The position numbers and the translations under genes were made by a program. Below the pieces are notes generated by a model. The model did no database searches. It saw only the letters and a program-made list of their open reading frames with translations, and had not been told where the DNA came from. Shown piece after piece: positions 21,094 to 32,000 of a stretch of 32,000 nucleotides of DNA. Numbering within the stretch: position 1 is the stretch's first letter; every line of letters starts with the position of its first letter. Origin of the DNA: Wallemia ichthyophaga EXF-994 (Eukaryota > Fungi > Basidiomycota); NCBI RefSeq assembly GCF_000400465.1, contig NW_008806282.1:240001-272000 (forward strand). The letters run 5' to 3'.

Positions 21094-22777
21094 ATGAATT
21101 TGTCTTCAATGATCAATACAGACGAGCCACAAGCTAGCGCTGAAGGAAGTATACCAGCTGCACCGCAATCACAACACCCTGCATATCCTTACCCACAACC
21201 ACACCCTCAATCGCATCCACATTCTCACCCTCATTCGCTAATTGCTAGCCACGCGCTAACGCATCCTCAATCTCAGGGCTCTGAGCAGCCATCAGTACTA
21301 CCTTCCGTGTTGCAGCAGCCACACTCACAACCACGACAACCACTGCCTCAACCGCATCAGCTTTACAAAGGACTTGAGAAACCACACGATCATCCATCGC
21401 TCAATTGCTGGGAGCTGCCTTACATCTGGGCTGCAATTACGCGATTTATACCCATAGTACAACATGAGCTTCTAGACGGTGTCAGAGAGTAAGTTAGCTA
21501 CTTTTTCGATGATAAGGTATTCAATTTGCTTGTTTAGGCTGGAGGAAGCTTTGACTGCTTCGCCTGGTACTGTACATCCAACTGTTCACTTGGTTATGGA
21601 GCACATAGTCAGAATCTTTAAGCCAAAAATGTCGAATACTGAGTGAGTCGCTTGGGTTAGGTACTGAGGTAGCTGCTGATTTATTCATTAGTCCTGATGC
21701 GCTCGCCAAGCAAATTCAGTTACAGCTTTCTGATATCAAGCATTGGCCGGAGGAAGTAGTTGACCAGCCATCAGGCGCTGTCGTGGAAGACAGACCACTG
21801 AAAGATGGGAAATCATTTTGGGAAGCTGGGTGGAGGGAGAAGGTGGGTGTGATATGTTATTTGCACAATTCTAATATCAAATTAAGGTTTCTGTTATGAG
21901 ACATCTGGTTGATTTGTCGCTCTCAACACCTCAGATAAAGGACATGATAGAGAAAAACTACAGAGTATCTACAGTAGAAAGGCACAGGAAACGTCGTGAT
22001 GATCCCAAAGATAACGCTTTAGTTCTACCACCAGTAGGTGAAGACAGTAAAAGACAGAGACTTTGGGTTCTAGACGACAACCCAAGGGTGTACATATCTG
22101 GTAACCCATGGAAGAAGTCAACGACAATGACTGCTGTTACTGATACTATGGAGGATGTCGTCGCTTTGGCCAACAGTTACGCAATGTCTTCTTATCAGTC
22201 TGAAATGAAAGCCATGGAAGTTGCACAGACTGACAAATCACTGTGGAAACAACTGATGAATAACGCTAAAAAGGAGAGAGATCTGGCTGAATCATTAGCT
22301 GGGCAGCGCCAAGGTGCGTTCCTGCGCCGATGTGAAGCAGAGGAATCTAGGATTGCTCCAATGAAAAGAAGAAGGAAAGAGGAAGCAGAGGAATCAGAAA
22401 AGCACCTGTCTCAACACCCAGAAGAACGAAGGAATGTTGGTTATGGAGATGGTGAACAAACGCTGAAAAAGGAGTACGAAGATCCTCGTAGGGAAGATAG
22501 GGAAGATAGGGAAGATAATCACATCGATATAAAGAAAGAAGAATTTGCAATTGTGAGTCCTGCATTTACTTTATGTGAATAGTGATTAACAATACTTAAG
22601 CGAGATAAAGATGATGACGGACGGGAGCCAGAAGTGGAAGAGCCAGATGGAAGAAGGTCAAGGAGACAAACACATAATCGATCACAGACACCGTCAAAGC
22701 AAGGAACGCCATCAGACAAGTCGACGCGTTCTTCATCACGCTTAAATACCAACCAAGATGTGAGAATGGAAGAATGA
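21094..22777 (+). CDS. DDT/WHIM1/WSD-like protein (probable ISWI chromatin-remodeller accessory subunit)
   Basis: His/Pro/Gln-rich N-terminus, DDT-like CWELPYIWAAITRF...FEQALL, WHIM1-like FWEAGWREK|VSVMRHLVDLSL..PQIKDMI, WSD-like PVGEDSKRQRLWVLDDNPRVY, then a charged tail. Multi-exon; domain calls are from memory. Confidence 0.65.
22490..22516 (+). repeat. Perfect 9-nt coding repeat AGGGAAGAT x3 (REDREDRED)
   Basis: Read directly from the sequence. Confidence 0.9.
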
Positions 22778-22898
22778 GCATGTAAATTTTGATATAAATT
22801 GATTTGAATACGCCTTCGCTTGGAGTTTGTTTCCTCACCTTTGCCATTGGTTTTAATAGATCTTCAACTCGCACCCTCGCACCACAAGCAAGTTAAAA

Positions 22899-24231
22899 AT
22901 GTTACCAAGAGTATTCATTGACTGGAATATCGACGGCGAATACGCTGGTAGATTGATATTTGAATTATACAGCGACAAAGTACCAAAGACGGCCGAGAAC
23001 TTCAAATCCCTCTGTACGGGTGAGAGAGGATCAGATGAGGCTACAGGTGGGTTACGATGCTCGAATGAATCTACAAGGCTTATGCTGGTGTACAGGAAAC
23101 AGCCTCACCTACAAGAACTCCATCTCTCACCGCATAATCAAAGGTTTCATGATACAGTTTGGTGATATCACAAATGGAAACGGTACGGGTGGTTTGTCCA
23201 TCTATGGAGGTAAATTCGAGGATGAGAACTTTGATCTTAAGCATACGAAGCGCGGTCAATTGTCCATGGCTAATGCAGGTCCCGACACAGTGAGTTCGGT
23301 GTCAGTTTCTTTATGATCTAGACTTAAGGTTATTTAGAATGGATCTCAAGTGTTTGTTACTTTTTGCCCCTGCCCGCATTTAGATGGAAGGTGTGTTTGT
23401 TACACTGGTACGCTTTCACAATAGTCTAAACATATACACGCAGACATGTCGTTTTCGGTGAACTTGCTAAAGGCAAAGGATTGCTGCGTAGAGTGAGCTA
23501 CTTATAAGTTGACTAGTGTTTCGCTAAACCTCAATTTAGCTCGAAAATACACAAACTGTTGACAACGACTTCCCTGCCGTCGACGTGCGTATCGTTGATT
23601 CAGGTTTAGTCCGAGAGGGAGAGGATGACGGTGTACCTCCACTCTCAATTGGTGATCATGAGGTAGGCTCATTTAAACATTCGATATGCTGCTAACCGTT
23701 ACAAAGGATTACCCTGAAGACGATGACGCAGAGACTGAGAAGCCAGAAGTAGCGTTGGAGATAGCTCAATCAATTAAAGACAAGGGAGCTCAATGCTTCA
23801 AGCAGCAGGACGTTGAAGGAGCTTTAGATCAATGGGAGAAAGCTATAAGATACCTTGACGTTAATCCAGTTTTGCCCGAGGAAACTGCGAACGTTACCAA
23901 AGCATTATACTCAACAACGAGAGTACAATTATACTTGAACGCTTCTTTAGCCGCTCTCAAGTTAAACAAAGCGCCTGTAGCCGAGTCAATGGCAACGAAA
24001 GCTATCAGAGTACCACCAACTAAGAGTCAAGACATAGCCAAGGGTTTGTACAGGAGAGCGCTTGCAAAATCAGCACGTAAGAATGATGCCGGTGCTCTTG
24101 ACGATCTCCATTACGCAATCAAAGTCGAACCTCAAGACAAAAACATACATAGCCAAATAGCTACCCTCGAAAAGAAGGTGGAGGGCTTCAAATTGAAAGA
24201 AAAACAAGTTTACAGTAAAATGTTTGAATAA
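22899..24231 (+). CDS. CPR6: Cyclophilin-40 (PPIase plus TPR Hsp90 co-chaperone)
   Basis: [66 protein letters not shown]|NGSQ, HLDG|RHVVFG, DYPED linker, then three TPRs ([38 protein letters not shown]). Confidence 0.95.
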
Positions 24232-24410
24232 ATGTTTGTTATCTGCCTTTTGAAATTATGGAGACCACGACGGATAAGCATTCTGACTGTATATGTAGAG
24301 AATGACTTCTCTCTTTATAAAAGACTTGAAAAAAACCCTATGAAATGTAGGCTTTGCATTTGAGTTCCACTCACTCGTTTTCTAACCTCGACCACCAACC
24401 AAATATCTCA

Positions 24411-27069
24411 ATGAGCGGTTATTACGATAACAGAGGCGGAAGTAGACGAGGCGGAAGAGACGGAGGGAGTAGAGGTGGTTACCAAAAGCGTAATTTCTAT
24501 AGGGATGATCACGTCGAACCTCAAAGAGATACTCGCTGGGAGAAGCTTGAATCTCGCATAAAGAACCTCGCAGAAGATGATGTACGTAAGGGCTAGTTTG
24601 TTAAATATCTCATAACATATCTTAGGGATTTGAAATAGAATCTGATCTACCAAGATTAGCTAGAGCTATTCAAGCCGCGTTTGAATACTACGAAGATGTG
24701 ATCCCAGATACAATTTACAAGTTTTTTACACAACAACCCCACAAATCTCAGTTATATGCATCGCTGGTCTTACTTTTGTCTATTTCATTTGACAACCAAG
24801 ATAATCAAGACGCTGGAATTGTTGGTCAGAAAGTACTCGACCACTGTTTGATTAGATGGAAGGATGCCTTGGAAAGTAGAAGATGGATGGAAATGAGAAT
24901 TGGCACTAACTTCTTTGCCAACTTGGTTCCTGCTCTTATTTCACCTGAATCGTTCTATGAGACTATTAACACGTTCGTCAAAGTGCTAGAGGAGCCAGGC
25001 GTATCATCGCTTCGAGCCGAAAGAGCGATTGAGTGTGCATCCGAAGCACTTATATACGCTAGCAGCTTCCTCACAACTCAATCAAAAGAAAGATACGAAG
25101 GTTTCGTAAACAGAATAGAGCAGTATGTTCAAAATGAAGAGATAAATGACACGAGACTGTTGCTCTACCCATGGGTCAATCTACCAAAAAATAACAGCAG
25201 GAACAAGGTTGACAATTGTGTCGATCCAATTCAAATTTATATCAAGACTTTACGTTCTCTTTCCGAGTCAGAATTTAAAGATCCTAAGCTACCTTTGTTT
25301 GATATAGAAGAGGTTTTACCAACTGTCCGAGAAGTTGATCCTGCATTACGCACAGAATTACCCAGCTTGTTGGTACCAGCTGACGATTATAATACTACCT
25401 CAAGGCCCAACAGTGAACTTTCTAGATGGAAGTTACATATTATCGAAGATGACACAGTCCCTTCACCTGACTCTGGAGATGGCGTCATTGTTTACTCCGT
25501 CCTCAGAGATATGATTACGCTATACAATAGAAATAGGATCGACTGCGCAAAAATATTGATGGACGTGCCTACATTCTTTCAAGGTAATCTTTTCAATGTT
25601 GATGGGTATAGTTTGGAGTCTACCCTTGTTTCAACAATTTTGAGCGAGTTACTCACCCTTCCTGAGCCCAAACATCCCAAACTTTATTACTCTAGTCTTA
25701 TTACTGAGCTATGTAAGCTAAGTCCAAAGACCGTTGCTCCAGCTCTTGGTAGATCCATACGCAAAATATATGGCTTCATCGGTGAGGGCTTGGATGTAGA
25801 GATCATAATGCGATTCAGCGAGTGGTTTGCAACTCATCTGTCCAACTTTGGCTTCAATTGGGTGTGGAAAGAATGGTGGGTTGCTACACGTAATGAAATA
25901 AATCCTCTAACCATGACAAAAGGATACCTGATTTAGACTTACCTGACAATCATCCAAAGAGGATGTTTATCAAAAGGGTGATTGAATTGGAGATTCGTTT
26001 GAGCTATTTCGATAGGATTAATCAAACACTTCCCGAGGCACTCCTCAACAAGGCTGGTATGGTGGTATCTCCAATGCCAAACTTCATCTACGCGAACGAA
26101 GAGCATCCATATAATGCAACAACAACGAGTGTTATGGATTCAATGAGAAACAAGATAACGTCAGATGCCATGATAAAGAATATCGTCAAAATCGAAGAAG
26201 ATTTGAAAGAGAATCCATCATTACCACAAAGCGGAAACTCTGCTAAGAAGGTTGCTAGAGATATAGCCACGCAGTGTTTATTAAATGTTGGCTCGAGATC
26301 TTTCTCTCACTTTCTCAATGTGATTGAGAAGTACATTGAAGTCATAAAATATCTCACTGCTGATAAAGATTCCCGTATCGATTTGCTGAGATCTGTTGGT
26401 AGGTTTTGGGTAAGAAACAGTCAAATGAAGAAGATAATAGTGGACAAATTGCTTCAATACAGACTGATTGAACCAACTGATGTTGTTCAATGGTTATTCA
26501 ATCCAAACGATCCAGAATTCCCTTCGGAAGTTGATGACACCGTGTATCAAATAGGATGGTCAGATTTAAACTTTGGAGATTTATTAAAAACCGCTCTCAA
26601 CAAGGTCAACACCAGAGTAAATCAACAATATCAAAAGTTAGTTGAAACGAAGAAAAATGATGAGGAAGTCGCATCGATTGCTAAAGCGCGTAACATGGAG
26701 ATAGACAATGAAGATGAGACTACTAAGGAAGAAGAAAGAAGAGATTACTCACAGCTGCAATTAACGTTTGACAATCTCAACAGAGAGCAAAGAGAATGTT
26801 TCGTCTTGCTTGTTCAAGCATTTGTTGAAGCGTTAGAAGGTGTCGACAGTATTTCTGACAAGAGTATAGAAGAGTATACAGATCAAGATTGGGACAAGTG
26901 GTTATCTTGGTCATGGTACCAAGCTTTCTTGAGAGAATATTGGCCATCTATCTCCGAAACTGTGGAGACCATTCAGGTACTATCGTTCAATTCTCTAACA
27001 GACAAAGAAAACGACCCTCGCTGGCAATTGTGGAAATCTGCCCTTGCCTTGTCGAACAGATGCAATTGA
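24411..27069 (+). CDS. STO1: Nuclear cap-binding complex large subunit CBP80 (NCBP1/Cbc1)
   Basis: RGG/NLS-like N-terminus and MIF4G helices: QQPHKSQLYASL, YNRNRIDCAKIL, LPEPKHPKLYYSSLITELCK, RFSEWFATHLSNFGFNWVWKEW, ELEIRLSYFDRINQTLP, GSRSFSHFLNVIEKY, IIVDKLLQYRLIEP. Confidence 0.95.
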
Positions 27070-27266
27070 TGCTTCTTAAATAAATCTATTAAATTTAAAA
27101 TCCATGCTTTTTTGTTATTCAAATTAAAAGCTGAAGTTTTGCAGGTCATAAGTAAGGTCATTTGACTCACATATGATTAGAAAAGGGTACCTGTTTCGCA
27201 ATCGTTTCTAAGAATTGAGCGACTGCGTCTCGCTTCATTGAAAACCTCAACCCAATACAACAGAGT

Positions 27267-28135
27267 ATGAGCCACGTACACTCAATAGCAAAGGAAGGAT
27301 TCGGTCCCAACTCAAACTTGTACGATGAGCATCGTCCCAGCTATTCAGAAGAAGCGGTATCCGAGGTAAGTCGGACGGGGTGGTTGTGTACTTAACCAAC
27401 GATGTGCAGATCATTAGAAATATCCCCAATAAGCCAGCTAGAGTGTTAGAATTAGGAAGTGGAACCGGAATTTTCACAAGAGCGCTTTTAAGTCATACAA
27501 CTACTGAGATTCAAAGTTTGATAGCAGCCGAACCGAGTGAAGACATGAGAAAGACCTGTGCTGATAGCTTAAACAATGACATTGTTAAAGGACGAGAAGT
27601 CGAAGTCATTGAAGGCACTTTTGAACACATAGAGGCAGAGGACGACTTATTCGACATCGTGATCATAGCTCAAGCTTATCATTGGTGTGCAGACTATGAC
27701 AAGTCTTTGAAAGAGCTCAAAAGAGTTATGAAGCCTCACGGTAAACTAGCCCTTACGTGGAACATGGAAGACAAATATAATAAGAAATGGGTTGCAAATG
27801 CGAGAAACATATATGAGAAGTATGATGTTGGCACACCGCAATACAGATTAGGGGAATGGAAAGCTCTTTTTGATACAGACGCTTACAGATCTTATTACAA
27901 AGGAGTTGATTATAACAAGTACCTTAGGCATCTTCCACTATCCTTACAAGGATACAAAGATAGGCAAAGCACGAAATCTTTCATCAACATCCTTCCTATC
28001 AAGGAAAAAGAGGAGCTGCTGGAACACCTTGCTCAATTTATAGCTTCTCAGCCTGATGTTGACTGGATTGAGAAAGACAAGGGTACATTTTACATTCCAT
28101 ACTCAACAGACTTATTCATAATCCATCTCAAGTAG
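27267..28135 (+). CDS. Class I SAM-dependent methyltransferase (Methyltransf_11-type), substrate unknown
   Basis: MSHVHSIAKEGFG..LYDEHRPSYSEEAV| then VLELGSGTGIFT, AAEPSEDM, GTFEHI, FDIVIIAQAYHW, RVMKPHGKLALTWN. One intron near 27366-27411. Confidence 0.9.
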
Positions 28136-28527
28136 GCTGACAAAGAGTAGATAGATCCAGCCATTCTTATAAATCTTTATTGTGTAACGTTTTAGACCAA
28201 TCAAACCTTAGATAGTGCCTAATAACAATTTGTCTCAAGACTGCTACATGACCCAGGCTCACTGCTACTGCATTCCATGTAAACCCATTTGTTTTGAATT
28301 GTATGACTGTTGGATTTCGCGAGTGATTGACCATCTCTGACCTGTTGCTGCTTTGGACAATCAACTGTATTACTGTGAAGTGAAATAAAAGAGAGCTATG
28401 AAGCATATTGACTTTGAATGATTTTCTTTAGATTTTACTAGTTAAATTTTCACACTTCAACCCGTCCAAATGTTGTTCGAGTCATTCTGCATACTTACTG
28501 ACGTTGATACATTAACCAATTTAATAG

Positions 28528-28815
28528 AAATGCATAGGAGATAGAATTTTCAAAAAAACTGATTGTTCCAAAGGTAAGCTTTTGTTAAACTTCCCCATGT
28601 TTCTCAATTCATCACGCATCCACTCGGATAATACGACTCGAGCGACATCATGGATGCACACCCAAAGGAATCTAGATCGATATTTCATGTGCTATCTATG
28701 TCTTGAGCCGAAAAAGACCTTTGGCATGAAAAGATTTGAAACTATTGATAAAAAGTGCAGATGCTATCATCCAGACATTGCTTCTATCAACATGAATCTA
28801 AATAATGCATTGTAA
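28528..28815 (+). other. Candidate terminal exon(s) of an unannotated small Cys-rich protein
   Basis: A 96-codon stop-free frame begins right after ACTGAC...TAG and contains a GTAAGC donor and six Cys. No start codon was found. Confidence 0.25.
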
Positions 28816-28833
28816 TTACAAATTGTGAATAAG

Positions 28834-30186
28834 TTATGCTACCTGTTCAAAGTCATCGTCTTCCTCTGAATCTTCATCTCCATCTCCTGGTTGATGCTGT
28901 GATGAATGAGCTTGAGCTACATTCGTAGTTCCGGTATCTTGTTTCAAACGTTTGTTGGTTGTTTCCTGATAGGGCGACTGAGATCGCTTTAAAGTGTTGT
29001 AATTGGAGTAATAATCATTGTAGTATTGGTCAACGTTTAGCTTCTCTTGGCCATCACTTTGATTCTGGGTGACATCTTCCTCTCTCGACTTGTCTCTTAT
29101 GGATTGGTTTCTGTGACCAACAGCTGTGATTTCACCTGATATCGTGCTCCTAAGTACCCATTCTGGTAGCGCATTCTTTGTTCGTCTCTCCTCTTCCTCT
29201 CTCTCCATCTTCTTCTTATGCTCATCGTCATGCTCGTCTGCAACTATTTGAACCCTCACTTGAGACTTGTTGTTAGCTGCGTTGGATCCACTACCTGCTA
29301 CGGCTAGTCCATCATCTTCGCCTTCGAGTTCTTTGATTGGTTGTGTAATTGCCTTAACGTTCTTACTTATCCAATCTGCAATGTCAAATCTAAACCAGCT
29401 TCAGTCGATAGCTGATAGCTTTAGTAATACTCACGGTGGCAGTGTCATATCTTCGGTGAGCTTCAACCCAGCTATGATATGTCGACATTGCATAAGAAGT
29501 CTTGCCATCATGTCTTGTGAACCTTTGACACCGTCGGACTCGTCATTGTCTTTGAGTGGAGCATTGCACGTATCACATAGGAATGTATCTGTCGTGGAAT
29601 TCAAATGTAAGACGTCGAGTGGAGTGAATGTCTTGTGACAACCTGGACAAACGTAACCTTTTTGATCGAGTTCCTTAAGCAAGGTAAGCAACAACATAGT
29701 GTAAAGGAAATGCCCACATTTCTGAGTTTATCGTCGATAGCTTTTCTGATTCTCCACATACGCCATTTGACGTTATCAACGAATTGCTGGTAATCAATGT
29801 AATAATATGTTTTCAATAGAGGGCGTGGATTCGGAGGCTGGTATTCATTGCGTCTATAGCTTTGTAGTGTCAGCATTGATTTACCTACTGAACCACTGAA
29901 CCACTCACTGAAAGACAAGCTTATCAGCAATCAATTTAGCGATTAGCTTCGAGCTATCTTTAACCGTAAGTCCAATTCTCCCAGCGACTTCACCGTCCTG
30001 CATACTGTGTAAATATCATTAGCGTCGAAGCCACTATCATAGCTATAGCTACTTTACTCACGCTTCCTTCCTTATAAGCTGATCAAGAATTATAAAATAT
30101 TTGCTTTCATAGAAAGATCTTCCGACGTGTTGTACCAGGCTCTTCAATCTCCTTTCATCCGTTTCGTTAGCAATCGCCGCGTGCAT
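28834..30186 (-). CDS. TFA1: General transcription factor TFIIE large (alpha) subunit
   Basis: LVQHVGRSFYESKYFIILDQL winged helix, YYYIDYQQFVDNVKWRMWRIR, zinc ribbon YVCPGCHKTFTPLDV...FLCDTC, NALPEWVLRSTISGE and acidic tail EEDDDFEQVA*. Confidence 0.95.
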
Positions 30187-30326
30187 AGACGATGATGGTT
30201 TAAGATGATGAATTATTATCAATGACTTTGTATAATTACAAGATAGTTAAATAACATGTTTGATGAAATGACTGTCTGTTTTTAATAATATTATTAAGTG
30301 AAAATAGAAACATAATGCCCAATAGC

Positions 30327-32000
30327 TTAGATTACTTGATTATTTTCGTTCCATCTGTCAAATATATCCATAGAGGCGCCAGCAAAGTTCTCGCCATTTT
30401 GTGATTGTGGTCTTAAACTCTCGCTTGACCTCTTGCTGAGCGCGCTCAGTTGCCTTTTAACAGCTTTTTCCTTGATCAAGTTGGAAGGCTCGAGGTTCGC
30501 GCTTGATCTGTTAGATGAACCTCCGTTCTGTTCAAATTGAGCAACGCGTCCTTTAACTGAGATTTGTTGACTCTTGTCAGACTCTGCCGATGGTGATGGT
30601 AATGAGTTTGCAGCTGCATATCTCTTAAACGTATCAAAAGAGTATTCGTTTTGAGATGTATTCAATATCTTCGTTGGAGTTTCCAGTTCGACTTCCTCTT
30701 CAATGTGTTGTTTACTCATCTCATCTGTTCTCATCGGATGGAGCTGTGGCATTGCAGCAGCTGCCTTGGATGCGGGTGACCAGAAAGATGGTGAGTTAGC
30801 AACTTTGTTCGATGGAGACAATGGAAGTTCTTTCTCTTCGTGTTGCTCCATGAAAGTTGGTGAGAAAGGATCCTCAGATTTACGCTTAGCTTGACCATCC
30901 TGGATCCTACCAACAGGCGATGGCTGAGCGCTGCGTCCTGATGGACTGCCGTTTACTTGTTCATGAGCACTGAGCTTGCCTTTATTTGAGCCGGGTGATA
31001 CTGGCAAGGGACGTCTACCATTTTGCTGTACTGTTGACTCGCGCTCTGAGTCCACATCATTTACAGGTGAGTTTAGATATGCTAGTGATGCTAAAACATC
31101 GCCACCAGACAAGTGTGATGCTCGTGATTGTGTTTGTGAGCGATCAAGAGGATCTTGAGCCATTTGTGGTATGCCGACAGAGTGGAGGTTGTGGAGGTGA
31201 TCTTCATCTTCCTCCTGCTCCTCAACTAGGTAAGGGTCTTCCTCCTCAGGAACAGGGACAGGCAAATCCTCCGCGGCATCGTTGTTCTCGGCCTCAGATG
31301 AATGACTGTAGTCGCGATTCAACTCTGATTCGTGATCAGCCTCAGCTTCGCGCTCAGCTAGATGCGCGACTTGCTCAGTCTCTTCAAGCTGAGGCCCCTC
31401 CTCCCGCAATGGCTCTTGACGATTAGTGTTTGGAAGAATCTCCACAGCTTCAGCGTCAACTTTGTCATTGTAATCCTCTTCACCCATCTCAAAGTCCCGA
31501 GCATCATGGAAGTCACCACCGGGACTGTGTATATCAAGTCTTGGGGTTTCTTCTACTACCTCATCGTGGCCATCGTTTGAGTCAGCCGGATTTTGATCAA
31601 TAGATGCTATATCGCTTTCCTCATGATCATCCTTGATGGCATTGAGAAGAGTTTCTCTTCTACTCTCAGCAAGTGAGGGACGTGAGGAAGGACGTGAAGT
31701 AGGGCGTGACATTTCCTCCTTATCCTCAGCATCGTGGGCTTTGACGGCAGGCTCACTGATGTCATTCTGATCGTCAAAGCTGATCTCGGAGCCGCTATCA
31801 TCAACTTCAGCCAAAGCGTCAGCGTCAGTATGAGAATCTTCAGTCATTTCTTGAGTGGTTTCCACGACTGTGCTGTCTTCAATGGCAGAAGTGTCTTCGT
31901 GAACGTTTGAAGATTCGATAGTGTCCTCGTGAATGTTTGAAGATTCAGTGGTGTCCTCATGAGTGTTTGAAGATTGATCTTGCTCAGCAGTGGTGTCGAT
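30327..32000 (-). CDS. Large acidic, Ser/Pro-rich intrinsically disordered protein, 5'-truncated by the window edge
   Basis: The frame is open from the right edge (IDTTAEQDQSSNTHED...) for more than 550 codons and is strongly D/E-biased, with no globular domain in the window. A final intron (GTAATC after NENNQ) is possible. Confidence 0.85.
   Translation of the reverse strand: MDTTAEQDQSSNTHEDTTESSNIHEDTIESSNVHEDTSAIEDSTVVETTQEMTEDSHTDADALAEVDDSGSEISFDDQNDISEPAVKAHDAEDKEEMSRPTSRPSSRPSLAESRRETLLNAIKDDHEESDIASIDQNPADSNDGHDEVVEETPRLDIHSPGGDFHDARDFEMGEEDYNDKVDAEAVEILPNTNRQEPLREEGPQLEETEQVAHLAEREAEADHESELNRDYSHSSEAENNDAAEDLPVPVPEEEDPYLVEEQEEDEDHLHNLHSVGIPQMAQDPLDRSQTQSRASHLSGGDVLASLAYLNSPVNDVDSERESTVQQNGRRPLPVSPGSNKGKLSAHEQVNGSPSGRSAQPSPVGRIQDGQAKRKSEDPFSPTFMEQHEEKELPLSPSNKVANSPSFWSPASKAAAAMPQLHPMRTDEMSKQHIEEEVELETPTKILNTSQNEYSFDTFKRYAAANSLPSPSAESDKSQQISVKGRVAQFEQNGGSSNRSSANLEPSNLIKEKAVKRQLSALSKRSSESLRPQSQNGENFAGASMDIFDRWNENNQVI
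31891..31980. repeat. 30-nt coding tandem repeat x3 (SSN[T/I/V]HEDT..)
   Basis: Units at 31891, 31921 and 31951 share gtgtc(t/c)tc(g/a)tga..gtttgaagatt. Confidence 0.9.

Noticed and set aside
23115-23170. Apparent substitutions in the CPR6 PPIase site (SHRII, IQFGD, His at the Trp121 position)
   Set aside because: QFGD and His121 are normal for Cpr6/CyP40, and the catalytic Arg, Phe, Met, Gln and His are retained.
28167-28406. 79-aa minus-strand ORF (MLHSSLLFHF...)
   Set aside because: It has no recognisable motif and overlaps the probable methyltransferase 3'UTR; ORFs of this length occur by chance.
1-32000. Numerous 60-150 aa ORFs antisense to or overlapping the called genes
   Set aside because: They are shadow ORFs of real coding sequence with no independent motifs.
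1-32000. CRISPR arrays, tRNA/rRNA/snRNA genes, transposases, LTRs/TIRs and biosynthetic gene clusters
   Set aside because: None was recognisable by eye. All tandem repeats found are short and nearly all are coding, and the neighbouring genes are functionally unrelated housekeeping genes.

Overview
Eukaryotic (fungal) genomic DNA, not prokaryotic. The gene density, short GT-AG introns (mostly about 40-70 nt, with CTRAY-type branch points) and protein motifs suggest a very compact basidiomycete genome; Wallemia-like is an inference, not a database result. I can support 17 spliced or unspliced genes, mostly housekeeping: an MFS transporter (partial), a DUF1769 protein, a Sec14-like protein, PWP2, an ABC1/UbiB kinase (CQD1/ADCK2-like), BST1/PGAP1, a CID-domain RS protein, PPX1, pantothenate kinase, EFM7, a small conserved hypothetical protein, a DDT/WHIM protein, CPR6, CBP80, a class I methyltransferase, TFIIE-alpha and a partial acidic disordered protein. 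I found no CRISPR array, tRNA, rRNA or recognisable transposase, and no clear novel multi-gene system. The best leads lie in the three oversized intergenic gaps: a 205-codon frame interrupted only by TGA (9919-10533), a cryptic signal-peptide gene with one premature TAG (20192-20738), and Cys-rich exon-like segments (28212-28815). Two further leads are an AUG-less in-frame N-terminal extension of PPX1 and an RRM-less CID protein with an altered DSI motif. Exon boundaries were placed by eye and are approximate.
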